A DNA stretch of 64,000 nucleotides, from NCBI GenBank assembly GCA_045588675.1, contig JAZNER010000046.1:44550-108549 (forward strand), read 5' to 3'. The stretch is from Eubacteriales bacterium (GTDB taxonomy: Bacteria > Bacillota > Clostridia > Oscillospirales > CAG-272). The notes beneath the pieces are model-generated. The model did no database searches. It saw only the letters and a program-made list of their open reading frames with translations, and was not told the DNA's origin. The translations under genes were made by a program, and so were the position numbers. Position 1 is the first letter of the stretch; each line of letters begins with the position of its first letter. Below, one piece after another: positions 1 through 9,860 of this stretch.

Positions 1-1951
1 CAATTGGGGAAGCAGTGGAGAATATACCCTTCAGCTTGCGGCGAACACTTGATGTTTCGTATGTCTTTTCGGGAATTCTCACGCCCTTACCGTTTTCAAA
101 TATGAAAACATAATTGTATCCTTCTCTGAATTCGCTCTGCAATGACATAAACACGGGGTATTCACCTGCGTCCATTTTAAGAGTTACAGGAAGAAACTCG
201 CCTATAACCGACGCCTTGCAGGTTTCAAAATCATTGATGTCAGCTCTGTATAGTTGACCAAGATTAGTAAAGAACAAAGCGGTATCGCGGTTTTCCGCAT
301 CAAAAATTTGATGTAAATAGTCGCCGTCCTTAAATCTTTGCTCGTCATTTCCTTGCAGAGATTTATATGTGATTTTCTTAAAGTAGCCCTCGTGAGAAAG
401 CACCAGCTTACAAGGATAGTTTTCAATTTCCTCTTCTATTACGAAGTCTTCGATGCTATCAAGATGTACGATTTGAGTATTTCTCGGCTTACCGTATTTT
501 TTCTTGATTTCTGTGAGTTGCTTTGCAATAAGAGCTTTAAGCTTAAATTCATCTGCCAAGATTTCTTCAATTTCGGCAATCTGCTTCTGCAAGTCCTCGA
601 TTTCTGAAATTCGGTTTAAAATATATTCACGGTTTAAATTTCTAAGCTTTATATCCGCAATATAGTTTGCTTGAATCTCGTCAATATTGAAGCCTGTACA
701 AAGATTTGGGATAACATCCTCTTCTTTTTCCGTCTTTCGTATAATTCTTATTGCCTTATCAATGTCAAGCAGTATTTTGCCTAAGCCAAGCAAGAGATGT
801 AGCTTGTCCTTCTTCTTTTTTAAGTCAAATCTAAGCTCTCGTGAAAGGCAGGATTTTCTGAATTCAATCCACTCCAGAAGAATATCAATTACGCCAAGCT
901 GACGAGGCTCGGAGTTTATGATAATATTAAAGTTGCATTTAAAGTTGCTCTCAAGAGGGGTGATTTTAAATAGCTTTTGCATAAGCTTGTCGGGGTCAAC
1001 GCCTTTGCGAAGGTCAAGGGTAAGCTTAAAGCCTCCGAGGTCAATCTCATCTCGGAAATCGACAACCTCTTTGAGCCTTCCTTCTTTTACAAGTGCTGAT
1101 ATTTTATTTAAAATCTGCTCAATATTAGTTGAATATGGTATTTGCAAAATATCGATGCAATTTTCGTGAGCATCATATGAATATCGAGAGCGTATTTTAA
1201 ATGAGCCGTCACCTGTTTCGTAAATCGACTTCATTTGCTCTCGGTCATAAATAATCTGACCGCCGCCGGGGAAATCGGGCGCTTTTATGATGTCCATAAG
1301 CTTGTCAACAGACAAGTCGGGCTTTTTCAAAAGGGCAATAGTTCCGTCACAAACCTCGGCAAGATTGAAGGAGCAAATATCAGACGCCATACCAACGGCA
1401 ATACCGCTGTTTGGTGTGACGAGGATATTGGGGAATGTTGTTGGCAGAAGCGACGGTTCTTTCATCGTTCCGTCATAGTTGTCAACCATTTCAACCGCAT
1501 CCTTGTCTATACCCTCAAAAAGCTCAGCGCAAAACGGGTCAAGCTTTGCCTCGGTATAACGGGGAGCTGCATATTTCATGTCAGAGGAATATTGCTTACC
1601 AAAGCTACCCTTTGAGTCAATAAAGGGGTGAAGCAATGTTTCGTTTCCTCGTGTCAATCTTACCATAGTTTCATAGATTGATTGGTCACCGTGAGGGTGA
1701 AGATTCATTACCGCACCGACAATATTAGCGCTTTTCGTCCTGTTACCTTTGAGCAATCCCATATTATACATAGTATAAAGGATTTTCCTGTGAGCAGGCT
1801 TGAAGCCGTCGATTTCGGGGATTGCGCGTGCAACTATAACGCTCATAGTGTATGGCATATAGTTCTTTTCAATCGTTTCTGTTATGGGTTGAGGCAATAT
1901 CGGGGCATAAACGATTTGTTCTACTTCGTTTTGTTTCTTTTTTCTTGCCAT
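1..1951 (-). CDS. DNA topoisomerase (ATP-hydrolysing) subunit A, GyrA/ParC family; 3' end runs off the window
   Basis: Absent from the ORF track because there is no stop inside the window. Manual translation from ATG at 1951..1949 gives MARKKKQNEVEQIVYAPILPQPITETIEKNYMPYTMSVIVARAIPEIDGFKPAHRKILYTMY...NLHPHGDQSIYETMVRL...AAPRYTEAKL, the catalytic-Tyr motif of type IIA topoisomerase A subunits. Spot checks (bases 2-58 and ~200-300) are open in this frame. The + strand ORFs at 338-2113 look like shadows. Confidence 0.8.
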   Translation of the reverse strand, partial: MARKKKQNEVEQIVYAPILPQPITETIEKNYMPYTMSVIVARAIPEIDGFKPAHRKILYTMYNMGLLKGNRTKSANIVGAVMNLHPHGDQSIYETMVRLTRGNETLLHPFIDSKGSFGKQYSSDMKYAAPRYTEAKLDPFCAELFEGIDKDAVEMVDNYDGTMKEPSLLPTTFPNILVTPNSGIAVGMASDICSFNLAEVCDGTIALLKKPDLSVDKLMDIIKAPDFPGGGQIIYDREQMKSIYETGDGSFKIRSRYSYDAHENCIDILQIPYSTNIEQILNKISALVKEGRLKEVVDFRDEIDLGGFKLTLDLRKGVDPDKLMQKLFKITPLESNFKCNFNIIINSEPRQLGVIDILLEWIEFRKSCLSRELRFDLKKKKDKLHLLLGLGKILLDIDKAIRIIRKTEKEEDVIPNLCTGFNIDEIQANYIADIKLRNLNREYILNRISEIEDLQKQIAEIEEILADEFKLKALIAKQLTEIKKKYGKPRNTQIVHLDSIEDFVIEEEIENYPCKLVLSHEGYFKKITYKSLQGNDEQRFKDGDYLHQIFDAENRDTALFFTNLGQLYRADINDFETCKASVIGEFLPVTLKMDAGEYPVFMSLQSEFREGYNYVFIFENGKGVRIPEKTYETSSVRRKLKGIFSTASPI

Positions 1952-3028
1952 TTATTTATTACCTTTCGTCAAAAGATTATTTTCTATTTTAATTACAGTA
2001 TGAGCCGCCGCGCGAATCATTCTGTTGTAAAGCGCCAATCCAAGACCGCTTTTTTCAGGCAGATGCGCATAGATGATATCGGGGGCGAGATTATCGCATT
2101 CCCGCAATCGTGAAAACAGCATTTTAGCCTGTGCTTTTAAATCATCTCTCTTTCCAATCGGTAAGAGAAATTGTGACTTTAAATGCTCAATTTCTTCGTC
2201 GTAACAAAGGATTGCACATTTTTGCTTTTTTTGCTCTATGTTTAAAAAGTCTATAATATCCTTTTCCTCGCCATCGAGCAGAACAAGGCTTGCAGCCGGC
2301 GCGTAATGCTTGTATTTCATACCCGGTGACAAGGGCCGCTCGTCATCTTTAAGAGAACCTTCAAGAGTAGGCGAAATTTCTACATTTTCGCAAACACAGC
2401 AAAGCGCATCATAAGTAATTGCACCGGGGCGCAATAAAATCAAGCCTTCGCCCTCAGCGTCATTTTTGATTAAAACAATAGTTGATTCAAGACCGATTTC
2501 ACACATTCCGCCGTCGATAATCATATCAACTCTGCCTAAAAAATCCTCAATTACATATTCGACCTCAGTCGCCGAAGGGCGTCCTGAAATATTAGCGGAC
2601 GGGGCAGCTATCGGAACTCCTGCCTCGTCTATTATGGCGTGAGCGATTGGGTTTGAGGGACAACGGATTGCAACTGTATCAAGTCCGCCTGTTGTCTGAT
2701 GCGGAATATTGTCCTTTTTAGGAAGAATTACAGTTAACGGTCCGGGCATAAATGCTTTTGCAAGCTTATAGTAGAGTGGGGAAGTAAGCGCGTATTTTTC
2801 GGCATCTTCAGGGCGCGCAATATGTATAATCAGCGGATTGTCTGACGGCCGCCCTTTAGCCGCATAAATCTTTTGTGCTGACAGGGGATTCGTTCCGTCA
2901 CCGCCAAGACCGTAAACGATTTCGGTGGCAATTACAACAAGCCCCCCGTCGCGTAAAAGAGCCGCCGCACGCGATATTTCGTTTTTCTGTGTTTCGAGGT
3001 TAGTTATCTTAATAACTTCGGTAACCAA
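1952..3028 (-). CDS. tsaC: L-threonylcarbamoyladenylate synthase (Sua5/YwlC/TsaC family)
   Basis: 358 aa. YrdC-fold motifs VIATEIVYGLGGD, KIYAAKGRPSDNPLIIH and SANISGRPS, plus a Sua5-type C-terminal extension. TTG start preceded by GGAG. The stop abuts the start of the downstream topoisomerase gene. Confidence 0.85.
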   Translation of the reverse strand: MVTEVIKITNLETQKNEISRAAALLRDGGLVVIATEIVYGLGGDGTNPLSAQKIYAAKGRPSDNPLIIHIARPEDAEKYALTSPLYYKLAKAFMPGPLTVILPKKDNIPHQTTGGLDTVAIRCPSNPIAHAIIDEAGVPIAAPSANISGRPSATEVEYVIEDFLGRVDMIIDGGMCEIGLESTIVLIKNDAEGEGLILLRPGAITYDALCCVCENVEISPTLEGSLKDDERPLSPGMKYKHYAPAASLVLLDGEEKDIIDFLNIEQKKQKCAILCYDEEIEHLKSQFLLPIGKRDDLKAQAKMLFSRLRECDNLAPDIIYAHLPEKSGLGLALYNRMIRAAAHTVIKIENNLLTKGNK

Positions 3029-3052
3029 TGGACGACTCCTTTCAATCGGATT

Positions 3053-4129
3053 TTAAGAATTTGCTTCTGCCTTTAATTTTTCGGCTGTGTCTGCGGCAAT
3101 AAGTGCATCAATCATTGACGAAATATTACCGTTAAGAAAGCTTTCAAGTGAGTATAATGTGAGCCCGATACGGTGGTCGGTAACTCTGTTTTGAGGGAAG
3201 TTGTAGGTGCGTATCTTCTCGCTCCTGTCACCTGTGCCAACCTGATTCTTTCGGTCGGAGGCGAGCTTTTCGGATTGCTCTCTCTGCTTTATATCATATA
3301 GCTTTGCGCGAAGCATTTTGAGAGCTGTATCCTTATTTTTAAACTGTGAGCGTTCTTGTTGACATTCAATGATAATACCTGAGGGCTTGTGTGTAAGCCG
3401 AACAGCAGACTCGGTTTTGTTGATATGCTGACCACCCGCACCGCTTGACTTGCAGGACTCAAAAATCAAGTCCGATTCCTTAATTTCAATTTCAACATCT
3501 TCAACCTCGGGAAGCACCGCAACGGTTGCGGTTGAAGTTTGGATTCGTCCTTGTGATTCGGTTTCGGGAACTCTTTGAACTCGGTGAACACCCGATTCAA
3601 ATTTAAATCTTGAATATGCGCCATCTCCGTCAATACAGAAAACGATTTCCTTAAAGCCTCCAAGCTCGGTTTCGTTTGCGCTTTCAAGTGAAACCTTAAA
3701 GCCAACAGTTGCGGCATACATTGAGTACATTCGGTAGAGGTCGTAAGCAAATAACGCCGCTTCCTCGCCGCCAGCCCCTGCTCGTATTTCAACTATTATG
3801 CTTTTGTCATCATTAGGGTCGCGCGGAAGGAGAAGAACAGTCAGCTCCTCTGAAAGCTTCTCAAGCCGAGCCTTTGCTTCTTTGAGCTCATCCTGAGCCA
3901 TAGCTCTCAATTCTTCGTCATCTGCCTCATTAATTAAAGATATTGCACCGTCAATATCGCTCTCTGTCCGCTTGAATTCACGGTATTTTTCAACTATTGG
4001 TGCAAGAGAGCGATATTCTTTGATTGCCTTTGCATAAGCGGGAGCATCTGTGATAAGCGCAGTGTTATTGGCAAGCTCATATTCAAGCCTGTCATATTTT
4101 TGAACAGTAAATTCTAATTTTTCAAACAT
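3053..4129 (-). CDS. prfA: peptide chain release factor 1
   Basis: 358 aa. GGQ motif SGAGGQHINK. RF1-type recognition region RVPETESQGRIQTSTATV. Confidence 0.95.
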   Translation of the reverse strand: MFEKLEFTVQKYDRLEYELANNTALITDAPAYAKAIKEYRSLAPIVEKYREFKRTESDIDGAISLINEADDEELRAMAQDELKEAKARLEKLSEELTVLLLPRDPNDDKSIIVEIRAGAGGEEAALFAYDLYRMYSMYAATVGFKVSLESANETELGGFKEIVFCIDGDGAYSRFKFESGVHRVQRVPETESQGRIQTSTATVAVLPEVEDVEIEIKESDLIFESCKSSGAGGQHINKTESAVRLTHKPSGIIIECQQERSQFKNKDTALKMLRAKLYDIKQREQSEKLASDRKNQVGTGDRSEKIRTYNFPQNRVTDHRIGLTLYSLESFLNGNISSMIDALIAADTAEKLKAEANS

Positions 4130-4132
4130 AAA

Positions 4133-5509
4133 TTATGCCTTGCAGAAAGCTAAGAATGCCTTGTGCGCGGTGTAAACATCAGCCTTTGAAACAAGCTCAT
4201 AGGGAGCGTGCATAGAGATAACCGGAACACCGAGGTCAACTGTTTCAATGTTGTGCTTCGCGATAAACTTTGCAACAGTTCCGCCGCCGCCCTGGTCTGC
4301 TTTACCAAGCTCGGCTGCCTGCCATACAACACCATATTCTTCAAAAATTCTTCTTATCCAAGCGATATACTCAGCGGGAGCGTCATTTGTGCCGCCTTTT
4401 CCGCCGCTACCTGTGTATTTGGACATTGTGATGCCACAGTTAATCTTCGCGGAGTTTCTTGACTCGTAAACCTCGGCAAAGTTGGGGTCGAAGCAAGCAT
4501 TAACGTCAGCAGAGAGGCACTTGGAGTTAGCCTTGACTGCATAGATGTTTCCACCGAGCTCTTCGGTTATTGCGCCTATCAAGTCAGTAAAGAGAGCACA
4601 CTGCATGCCTGTGTTACCCTCGCTACCGATTTCTTCCTTGTCGGCAAGAACTACCATAACTGTGTGAACGCTGTCGTCCGTGTCAAAGAGAGCAGTAAGA
4701 GAAGGATATGCGCAAACCTTGTCGTCATGACCGTATGCGGAGATAAGAGAACGGTCAAAACCTACATCACGGGAGTTGCCCGCGGGAACTGCAAAAATAT
4801 CGGCGGAGAGGAAGTCCTCTTCGGTAATTCCATACTTTTCGTTGAGAATAGTGAGAATGTTGTTCTTTATCTTATCACCGCCCTCGTCGTTTGCAAGGGG
4901 GCGTGAGCCTAAAAGAATATTCAAGCTCTCGGCAGGAATTGCTGTACCTAAGGGCTTTGCATTCTGGTCTTTTGCGAGGTGGGGAAGAAGGTCGTTGATA
5001 TAGAATACGGGCTCACCAAGCTCATCACCGATTTTGATATCAACAACACTGCCGTCTTTCTTAGCAACTGTGCCGTGAAGCGCCAAGGGGAGCGCAACCC
5101 ATTGATATTTGCGAACACCGCCATAGTAGTGGGTCTTTGCAAAGCAGAATCCACCGTCCTCGTAGATGGGAGTCTGCTTGAAGTCAAGTCTTGGACTATC
5201 AATGTGGGAGGCAATAATTCGGATACCGTTGTTAATGTCTTCTTTACCAACACGGAACAAATAAAGATTTCTTTCTCTGTTGTTATAGTAATACTTGTCG
5301 CCTGCTTTGATTTTCATTCCAAAGCTATACGGCTTGTAGCCCTGCTTTTCGGCAAGAGCAATAGATGTCTTTACGGCTTCGCGCTCGGTCTTGGAGTTAT
5401 CCATATACTCGGTATAGCCTATCGCGTAATCATAAGCCGCTTTGATTTCAGCGTCATTGCTTTTCTCATAGAAATTTGTTTTTGAATAAGTTAATTTGTT
5501 CTCACTCAT
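4133..5509 (-). CDS. M18 family aminopeptidase
   Basis: The ORF track gives 4133..5536. I prefer ATG at 5509 (MSENKLTYSK...), which is preceded by AAAGGA. The length and motifs (IIASHIDSPRLDFK, GHDDKVCAY, LADKEEIGSEG, ISMHAPYE) fit the aspartyl/M18 aminopeptidase family. Confidence 0.8.
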   Translation of the reverse strand: MSENKLTYSKTNFYEKSNDAEIKAAYDYAIGYTEYMDNSKTEREAVKTSIALAEKQGYKPYSFGMKIKAGDKYYYNNRERNLYLFRVGKEDINNGIRIIASHIDSPRLDFKQTPIYEDGGFCFAKTHYYGGVRKYQWVALPLALHGTVAKKDGSVVDIKIGDELGEPVFYINDLLPHLAKDQNAKPLGTAIPAESLNILLGSRPLANDEGGDKIKNNILTILNEKYGITEEDFLSADIFAVPAGNSRDVGFDRSLISAYGHDDKVCAYPSLTALFDTDDSVHTVMVVLADKEEIGSEGNTGMQCALFTDLIGAITEELGGNIYAVKANSKCLSADVNACFDPNFAEVYESRNSAKINCGITMSKYTGSGGKGGTNDAPAEYIAWIRRIFEEYGVVWQAAELGKADQGGGGTVAKFIAKHNIETVDLGVPVISMHAPYELVSKADVYTAHKAFLAFCKA

Positions 5510-5559
5510 TTTTAAAGTCCTTTCTCTGCAAAACACAGAATTATTTATGTATTATTTTT

Positions 5560-5958
5560 TTAATCATTGTAAAGCTTGTCGTAATAATCAAGCGCCCTGT
5601 TTACTTTTTTTATATGGTTTCGCGTTTCTTTAAAGGGTATTTTTTTGAGAGTAATCCCGTTGCTTGAATATTCTTCAATTCCGAGCCACTCGTCAACATT
5701 TCCGGGTCCTGCGTTATATGCTGCAATAGCAGTGTCCCAATTTTTGTACTTCCTATAAAGACTTGAGAGATAATAAACACCGTACCGTATGTTTGTTTCA
5801 GGGTCGTAAAGCATACCCTCATCAAGCCCTTCATCAAGCTTTTCGTTTGTCAGCCAATTAAATGTCAACGGTGTCATTTGCATAAGACCAATTGCACCCT
5901 TGCTTGAAACAGCAGAAGAATCAAAGCCGCTTTCGGTTTTAATTACCGCGTAAATCAA
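5560..5958 (-). CDS. lytic transglycosylase (SLT) domain protein; the true N-terminus probably lies further upstream
   Basis: SLT catalytic motif YAVIKTESGF, then GLMQMTP and AYNAGPGNV. The track start at 5958 is TTG. The same frame stays open to 6171 and encodes a basic stretch plus a TM helix (RRGWRGRSFGKAILIILAISIVFGFVFDFI) with no ATG/GTG/TTG. Confidence 0.75.
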   Translation of the reverse strand: MIYAVIKTESGFDSSAVSSKGAIGLMQMTPLTFNWLTNEKLDEGLDEGMLYDPETNIRYGVYYLSSLYRKYKNWDTAIAAYNAGPGNVDEWLGIEEYSSNGITLKKIPFKETRNHIKKVNRALDYYDKLYND

Positions 5959-6149
5959 GTTTTCAGGAACACCGTATTCCTGTGAATATTTTTCAACAAA
6001 GCCCCGAATTTCTTCAGGCTTTTTGTAAATAGCGAGTTCAATTTTATTACAGATAAAATCAAAAACAAAGCCGAAAACAATAGAAATTGCAAGTATTATC
6101 AGAATTGCCTTGCCAAAGCTTCGTCCGCGCCAGCCCCTTCGAGATGTTC

Positions 6150-6758
6150 TTAAAATATCGCAACACCCCTCTCAAACAAAATAGCATCGAGAGATTTTTC
6201 AATATCCTCAATATTCTTGTTGTTATAGAGCACATAGTCGGCTACGCTTGAGTAAAATTCGTCTGACTTTTGTGAATCAATCCTCAAAAGAGCCGCACTG
6301 TAGTCTATTTTATCGCGCGCGGCAATTCTTTCGGCACGCATTTTTTTATCAGCAAGAATTGCAATAACAAAGTCACAATCGCCGCAAAGACCGGCTTCTA
6401 TAAGAAGGGGAGCATCAATTGCGCAAGCATTCTCACCGAGCACGCGAAACGAAGATATGGTTTTCCTTATTCTCGCAACTACATATTTGTGAGTTGTTTT
6501 ATTGAGAAGCTCAAGCTTATCTTTATTTTTCTCACCAAAAACCATTTGTGAGAGCGCTGAACGGTTTAAAAATCCTCTGCCGTCGATTATTTTTTTGCCA
6601 AAGTGAAAAACAAGCTCGTTAAGACAATCAGACGGTGGAGAAATTATATCGTGATAAAGGGCATCGGCGTCAAGTACATTGATTTTTTTTGACAAAAGAT
6701 ATTTAGAAGCTACGCTTTTTCCCGAACCGCTAGGTCCTGTAATTCCAATAACAGTCAC
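6150..6758 (-). CDS. coaE: dephospho-CoA kinase
   Basis: P-loop GITGPSGSGKS close to the N-terminus and the typical CoaE length. I prefer GTG at 6758, eight nt after AAAGGAG, over the track's TTG at 6776, which has no RBS. Confidence 0.85.
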   Translation of the reverse strand: MTVIGITGPSGSGKSVASKYLLSKKINVLDADALYHDIISPPSDCLNELVFHFGKKIIDGRGFLNRSALSQMVFGEKNKDKLELLNKTTHKYVVARIRKTISSFRVLGENACAIDAPLLIEAGLCGDCDFVIAILADKKMRAERIAARDKIDYSAALLRIDSQKSDEFYSSVADYVLYNNKNIEDIEKSLDAILFERGVAIF

Positions 6759-6788
6759 AGCCAATACTCCTTTCAAAATATACTTACT

Positions 6789-7934
6789 TTAATTGATAGT
6801 TACTGCTTTTCCTTGAATGTGCGACAGATGTGCAGCTTCAAGGATTTTTTGAACCTCTGCTCCGTCCTTGAATGAGGGACACGCTTCGCGTTCGCTGTCA
6901 ACAGCATCTAAAAACGCATACATTGATGCTATATGTCCGCGAAGCCAGCCGCTTGGAGCCTTGGGTGAGGGAAAACTTCCTGAGGGGGCAGGATATCTGC
7001 CAACACACTCAATTTTTGTAAATCCGCACTCTCCGCCGTATTCGCCGCGACGGGCGTTGGCATCATAGAAATAGAGCCAATCACACTCCATTAAATCAAA
7101 TTTGATTGTACCCTGTGTTCCATAAACAGAGAAGGTCAATCCGTCGTTCTCGCCTACATTTATTTTGCCGACGGTCAGCGTACCAATTGCTCCGCAGGAT
7201 AGCGTTGCAGTCATATATGCGGCCTCGTCTGCATTTGTGTTCCAAAGGCTGCCGTCCGCTGCCTTGTGTGTTGGAAAGGCTATTTGCTCCTTTGAATAGA
7301 TTTCAACGAAATCACCGCAAAGGTAACGGCAAAGGTCAACTACATGCGAGCCGAGGTCAAACAATGTTCCCGCTCCGCAAATGTCCTTATCCTGCTTCCA
7401 GCCAGCACTTCTGTCAGGGTCGATACAGCTGTTGTGCAGATATTTGAAATCGAATGATATAATTCTGCCAAGCCTGCCCTCGTCAATAAGAGCTTTAGCT
7501 CTTTTAATTGCAGATAGATGCCTGTTGTTAAAAACAATACCGCAAACCTGCTTGTTTTTGATGTAAGCATCTTTTGCGAGCAAATCAAGCTCGCGCGCTT
7601 GCTCATAAGTTATAGTCAACGGCTTTTCACAAAGCACATGCTTGCCTGAAAGAATAGCCTTTTTTGCGCTTTCAAAATGATATATATTGGGAGTGCAGAT
7701 GTCAATGATGTCAATATTCTCATCATTGATTATTTCATCCTCTGAATTTGTCGGGAGACCTAAATTGAAGAGCGCAGATGCTTTTATTGCGCTTTCCGGT
7801 TGTGAAGTGCAAACAGATGTATATTCTGCTGTAAATGGCAGATTGTTGTAATAATAGGGAAGCGAAGACAGAGAAAAGGCGTGGGTTTTACCCATAGAGC
7901 CAAATCCCAAAAGTCCGATTTTGTATTTTTTCAT
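6789..7934 (-). CDS. Gfo/Idh/MocA family oxidoreductase
   Basis: 381 aa. N-terminal Rossmann motif KIGLLGFGSMGKTH and the family motif LCEKPL. Confidence 0.8.
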   Translation of the reverse strand: MKKYKIGLLGFGSMGKTHAFSLSSLPYYYNNLPFTAEYTSVCTSQPESAIKASALFNLGLPTNSEDEIINDENIDIIDICTPNIYHFESAKKAILSGKHVLCEKPLTITYEQARELDLLAKDAYIKNKQVCGIVFNNRHLSAIKRAKALIDEGRLGRIISFDFKYLHNSCIDPDRSAGWKQDKDICGAGTLFDLGSHVVDLCRYLCGDFVEIYSKEQIAFPTHKAADGSLWNTNADEAAYMTATLSCGAIGTLTVGKINVGENDGLTFSVYGTQGTIKFDLMECDWLYFYDANARRGEYGGECGFTKIECVGRYPAPSGSFPSPKAPSGWLRGHIASMYAFLDAVDSEREACPSFKDGAEVQKILEAAHLSHIQGKAVTIN

Positions 7935-7965
7935 TCAGGAGCCTCCAAATTCACATATATAATAT

Positions 7966-7994
7966 ATTATACCTCATTTTTATAATTTTTTCAA
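7966..7994 (-). promoter_or_regulatory. sigma-A-type promoter for the 7934->1 minus-strand gene string
   Basis: On the minus strand: TTGAAA (7994..7989), 17-nt spacer, TATAAT (7971..7966). It lies about 30 nt upstream of the ATG at 7934. Confidence 0.5.
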
Positions 7995-8139
7995 GGGGTA
8001 TATTATAATTAAAGTAATCTTTTTTATAAATTTATTTGCAAATTTTTAGAAAAAGCTCTTGCTCACAAAAAATTCTTAGGTTACAAAACCGTGGAAGCCC
8101 ACAAACAATAAAAATGTAATCGAAATTGAAAAAATTGTG

Positions 8140-8168
8140 TTGCAATTTTGCTGTTTATATTGTATAAT
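8140..8168 (+). promoter_or_regulatory. sigma-A-type promoter (extended -10) for the HAD hydrolase/murB/whiA/dnaE string
   Basis: TTGCAA (8140-8145), 17-nt spacer, TGtTATAAT (-10 at 8163-8168). Confidence 0.5.
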
Positions 8169-8208
8169 TATATTATATAGATTATTAAGTAAACTTGGAG
8201 CTTTAAAG

Positions 8209-8895
8209 ATGTCTAAATACACAACACTTTTATTTGATGCCGATTCAACCCTTCTTGATTTCAAGCGCTCCGAATATGAGGCGGTGGCGGATTGTCTTGC
8301 GAAATATGGGTTGCCTTCTGACGATAAGACGATAAAAAAATATGCAGAAATTAATGATTATTATTGGAAAATGCTTGAAAGACGCGAGGTGACTAAGCCT
8401 GAGCTGTTTATCGGACGCTGGAAATCTCTGATAGATTTTTACGGCTTTGATTGTAATGCGCAGGATATAGCAGATTCTTATTCGCCGGCTCTTGCATCAA
8501 AATCATATCTGATTGATGGAGCAGAGGAGATTTGTAAAAGCCTTTACCGAAAATACAAAATGTTTATTGTAACAAACGGCTTTAAGGTGATTCAGAATGC
8601 GAGATTTGGCACAAGCCCCCTGACACAGTACTTTGATGATATATTTATTTCAGAGGAAATTGGCCACGAAAAGCCAAGTATTGAATTTTTCAACGAGGTA
8701 GAAAAAAGAATACCTGATTTTAACAGAAATTCGGCATTGATTATCGGAGATTCGCTTACTTCAGATATTTTGGGCGGAATAGTTGCAGGAATTGATACCT
8801 GCTGGTTCAACCCGAATAAAAAGCCTGCCCCCGCCGATATGAATATTACATATACTATCAGCAAATTACAAGAGCTTCAAGAAATATTATTATAA
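8209..8895 (+). CDS. HAD-IA family hydrolase, YjjG-like nucleotidase
   Basis: ATG at 8209 (MSKYTTLLFDADSTLLDF) follows GGAG. HAD motif I is DxDxT (FDADSTL). Motif III/IV region is IIGDSLTSDILGG. The track start at 8137 lies inside the promoter. Confidence 0.75.
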   Translation: MSKYTTLLFDADSTLLDFKRSEYEAVADCLAKYGLPSDDKTIKKYAEINDYYWKMLERREVTKPELFIGRWKSLIDFYGFDCNAQDIADSYSPALASKSYLIDGAEEICKSLYRKYKMFIVTNGFKVIQNARFGTSPLTQYFDDIFISEEIGHEKPSIEFFNEVEKRIPDFNRNSALIIGDSLTSDILGGIVAGIDTCWFNPNKKPAPADMNITYTISKLQELQEILL

Positions 8896-8913
8896 TCCCC
8901 GGGAGAAGCCTAT

Positions 8914-9828
8914 ATGAAAGATTTTTTAATCTGCAATAATATTGATTTTTGTGAAAATGAGCCTCTGAAAAGGCACTCAACCTTCAAAATAGGCGGAATA
9001 GCAAAATATGCAGTTTTCCCTAAAAACCGAGATGAGCTTGTCTTGACGATTTCACATATCAAGGATATAGGATTGAATTTTAGAGTTGTTGGAAACGGTA
9101 GCAATATTCTTTTTGATGATAAGGGCTTTGACGGGGCGATTATCTTCACCAAAAATATGTGCGAGTGTGAATATATACATAAGGAACGCGCGACGATTAT
9201 CCGAGCCGAATGCGGAAAATCCTTGACGGAGCTTTCAGGCGAGGCGGGCAAAAAGCACGCTCTTGTCGGCTTTGAATTTGCATATGGAATCCCTGGTACT
9301 CTGGGCGGTGCGGTTTATATGAATGCGGGTGCATACGGTGGTGATATTTCAAATATCCTTGTTGAGTCCGAGTATTTTGACAGTAATTCGGGGGAAATCA
9401 AAACGATTAATAATAAAGAGCATAATTTTTCATACCGTCACAGTGTTTTTCAAAATCACCCCGAGTATGTAATTCTTTCAAGCTCGTTTGAGCTTTACGA
9501 GGGTGACGCTGAGGAAATTTATTCTGAAATGACAAAGAATATGACAGCGAGAAAGGAAAAGCAACCGCTTGAATATCCAAACGGAGGAAGCACATTCAAG
9601 CGTCCCGGTGGAGGTCTTTTTGCGGGCAAGCTTATTGAAGATGCAGGCCTCAAAGGCTGTTCTGTCGGCGGAGCTGAGGTTTCCTCTAAGCACGCGGGTT
9701 TTGTAATTAACAAAAATAATGCCACAAGTGCAGATGTATTAAACTTGATTGAGCTTATAAAATCAACTGTTCTTGAAAAATTCAATGTTCAGCTTGAATG
9801 TGAAATAATCCACATTCCATATAATTAA
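8914..9828 (+). CDS. murB: UDP-N-acetylenolpyruvoylglucosamine reductase
   Basis: 304 aa. FAD-binding region HSTFKIGGIAKY...VVGNGSNILF, GIPGTLGGAVYMNAGAYG and GSTFKRP are typical MurB motifs. Confidence 0.9.
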   Translation: MKDFLICNNIDFCENEPLKRHSTFKIGGIAKYAVFPKNRDELVLTISHIKDIGLNFRVVGNGSNILFDDKGFDGAIIFTKNMCECEYIHKERATIIRAECGKSLTELSGEAGKKHALVGFEFAYGIPGTLGGAVYMNAGAYGGDISNILVESEYFDSNSGEIKTINNKEHNFSYRHSVFQNHPEYVILSSSFELYEGDAEEIYSEMTKNMTARKEKQPLEYPNGGSTFKRPGGGLFAGKLIEDAGLKGCSVGGAEVSSKHAGFVINKNNATSADVLNLIELIKSTVLEKFNVQLECEIIHIPYN

Positions 9829-9860
9829 AACAACCGCCATTGGCGAGAGAGAAGTAAAAA

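Noticed and set aside
338-2113. Six + strand ORFs of 62-143 aa (338-607, 687-902, 918-1169, 1235-1615, 1435-1623, 1682-2113)
   Set aside because: All lie antisense to the long open GyrA/ParC-family frame on the minus strand. Their translations are low-complexity (S/L/F/R-rich) and they have no RBS. They are shadow ORFs.
3466-3792. A 108-aa same-strand alternative-frame ORF inside prfA, and the question of a programmed frameshift
   Set aside because: The RF1 frame is uninterrupted. The programmed +1 frameshift is a feature of prfB (RF2), not prfA. The internal ORF has no RBS and a junk composition.
8076-8264. A 62-aa minus-strand ORF in the divergent promoter region, and the 65-aa ORF at 19439-19636 between htpG and ispE
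   Set aside because: Both lie in AT-rich intergenic DNA that carries good promoter elements. They have no RBS, and their hydrophobic or low-complexity translations are typical of AT-rich noise.
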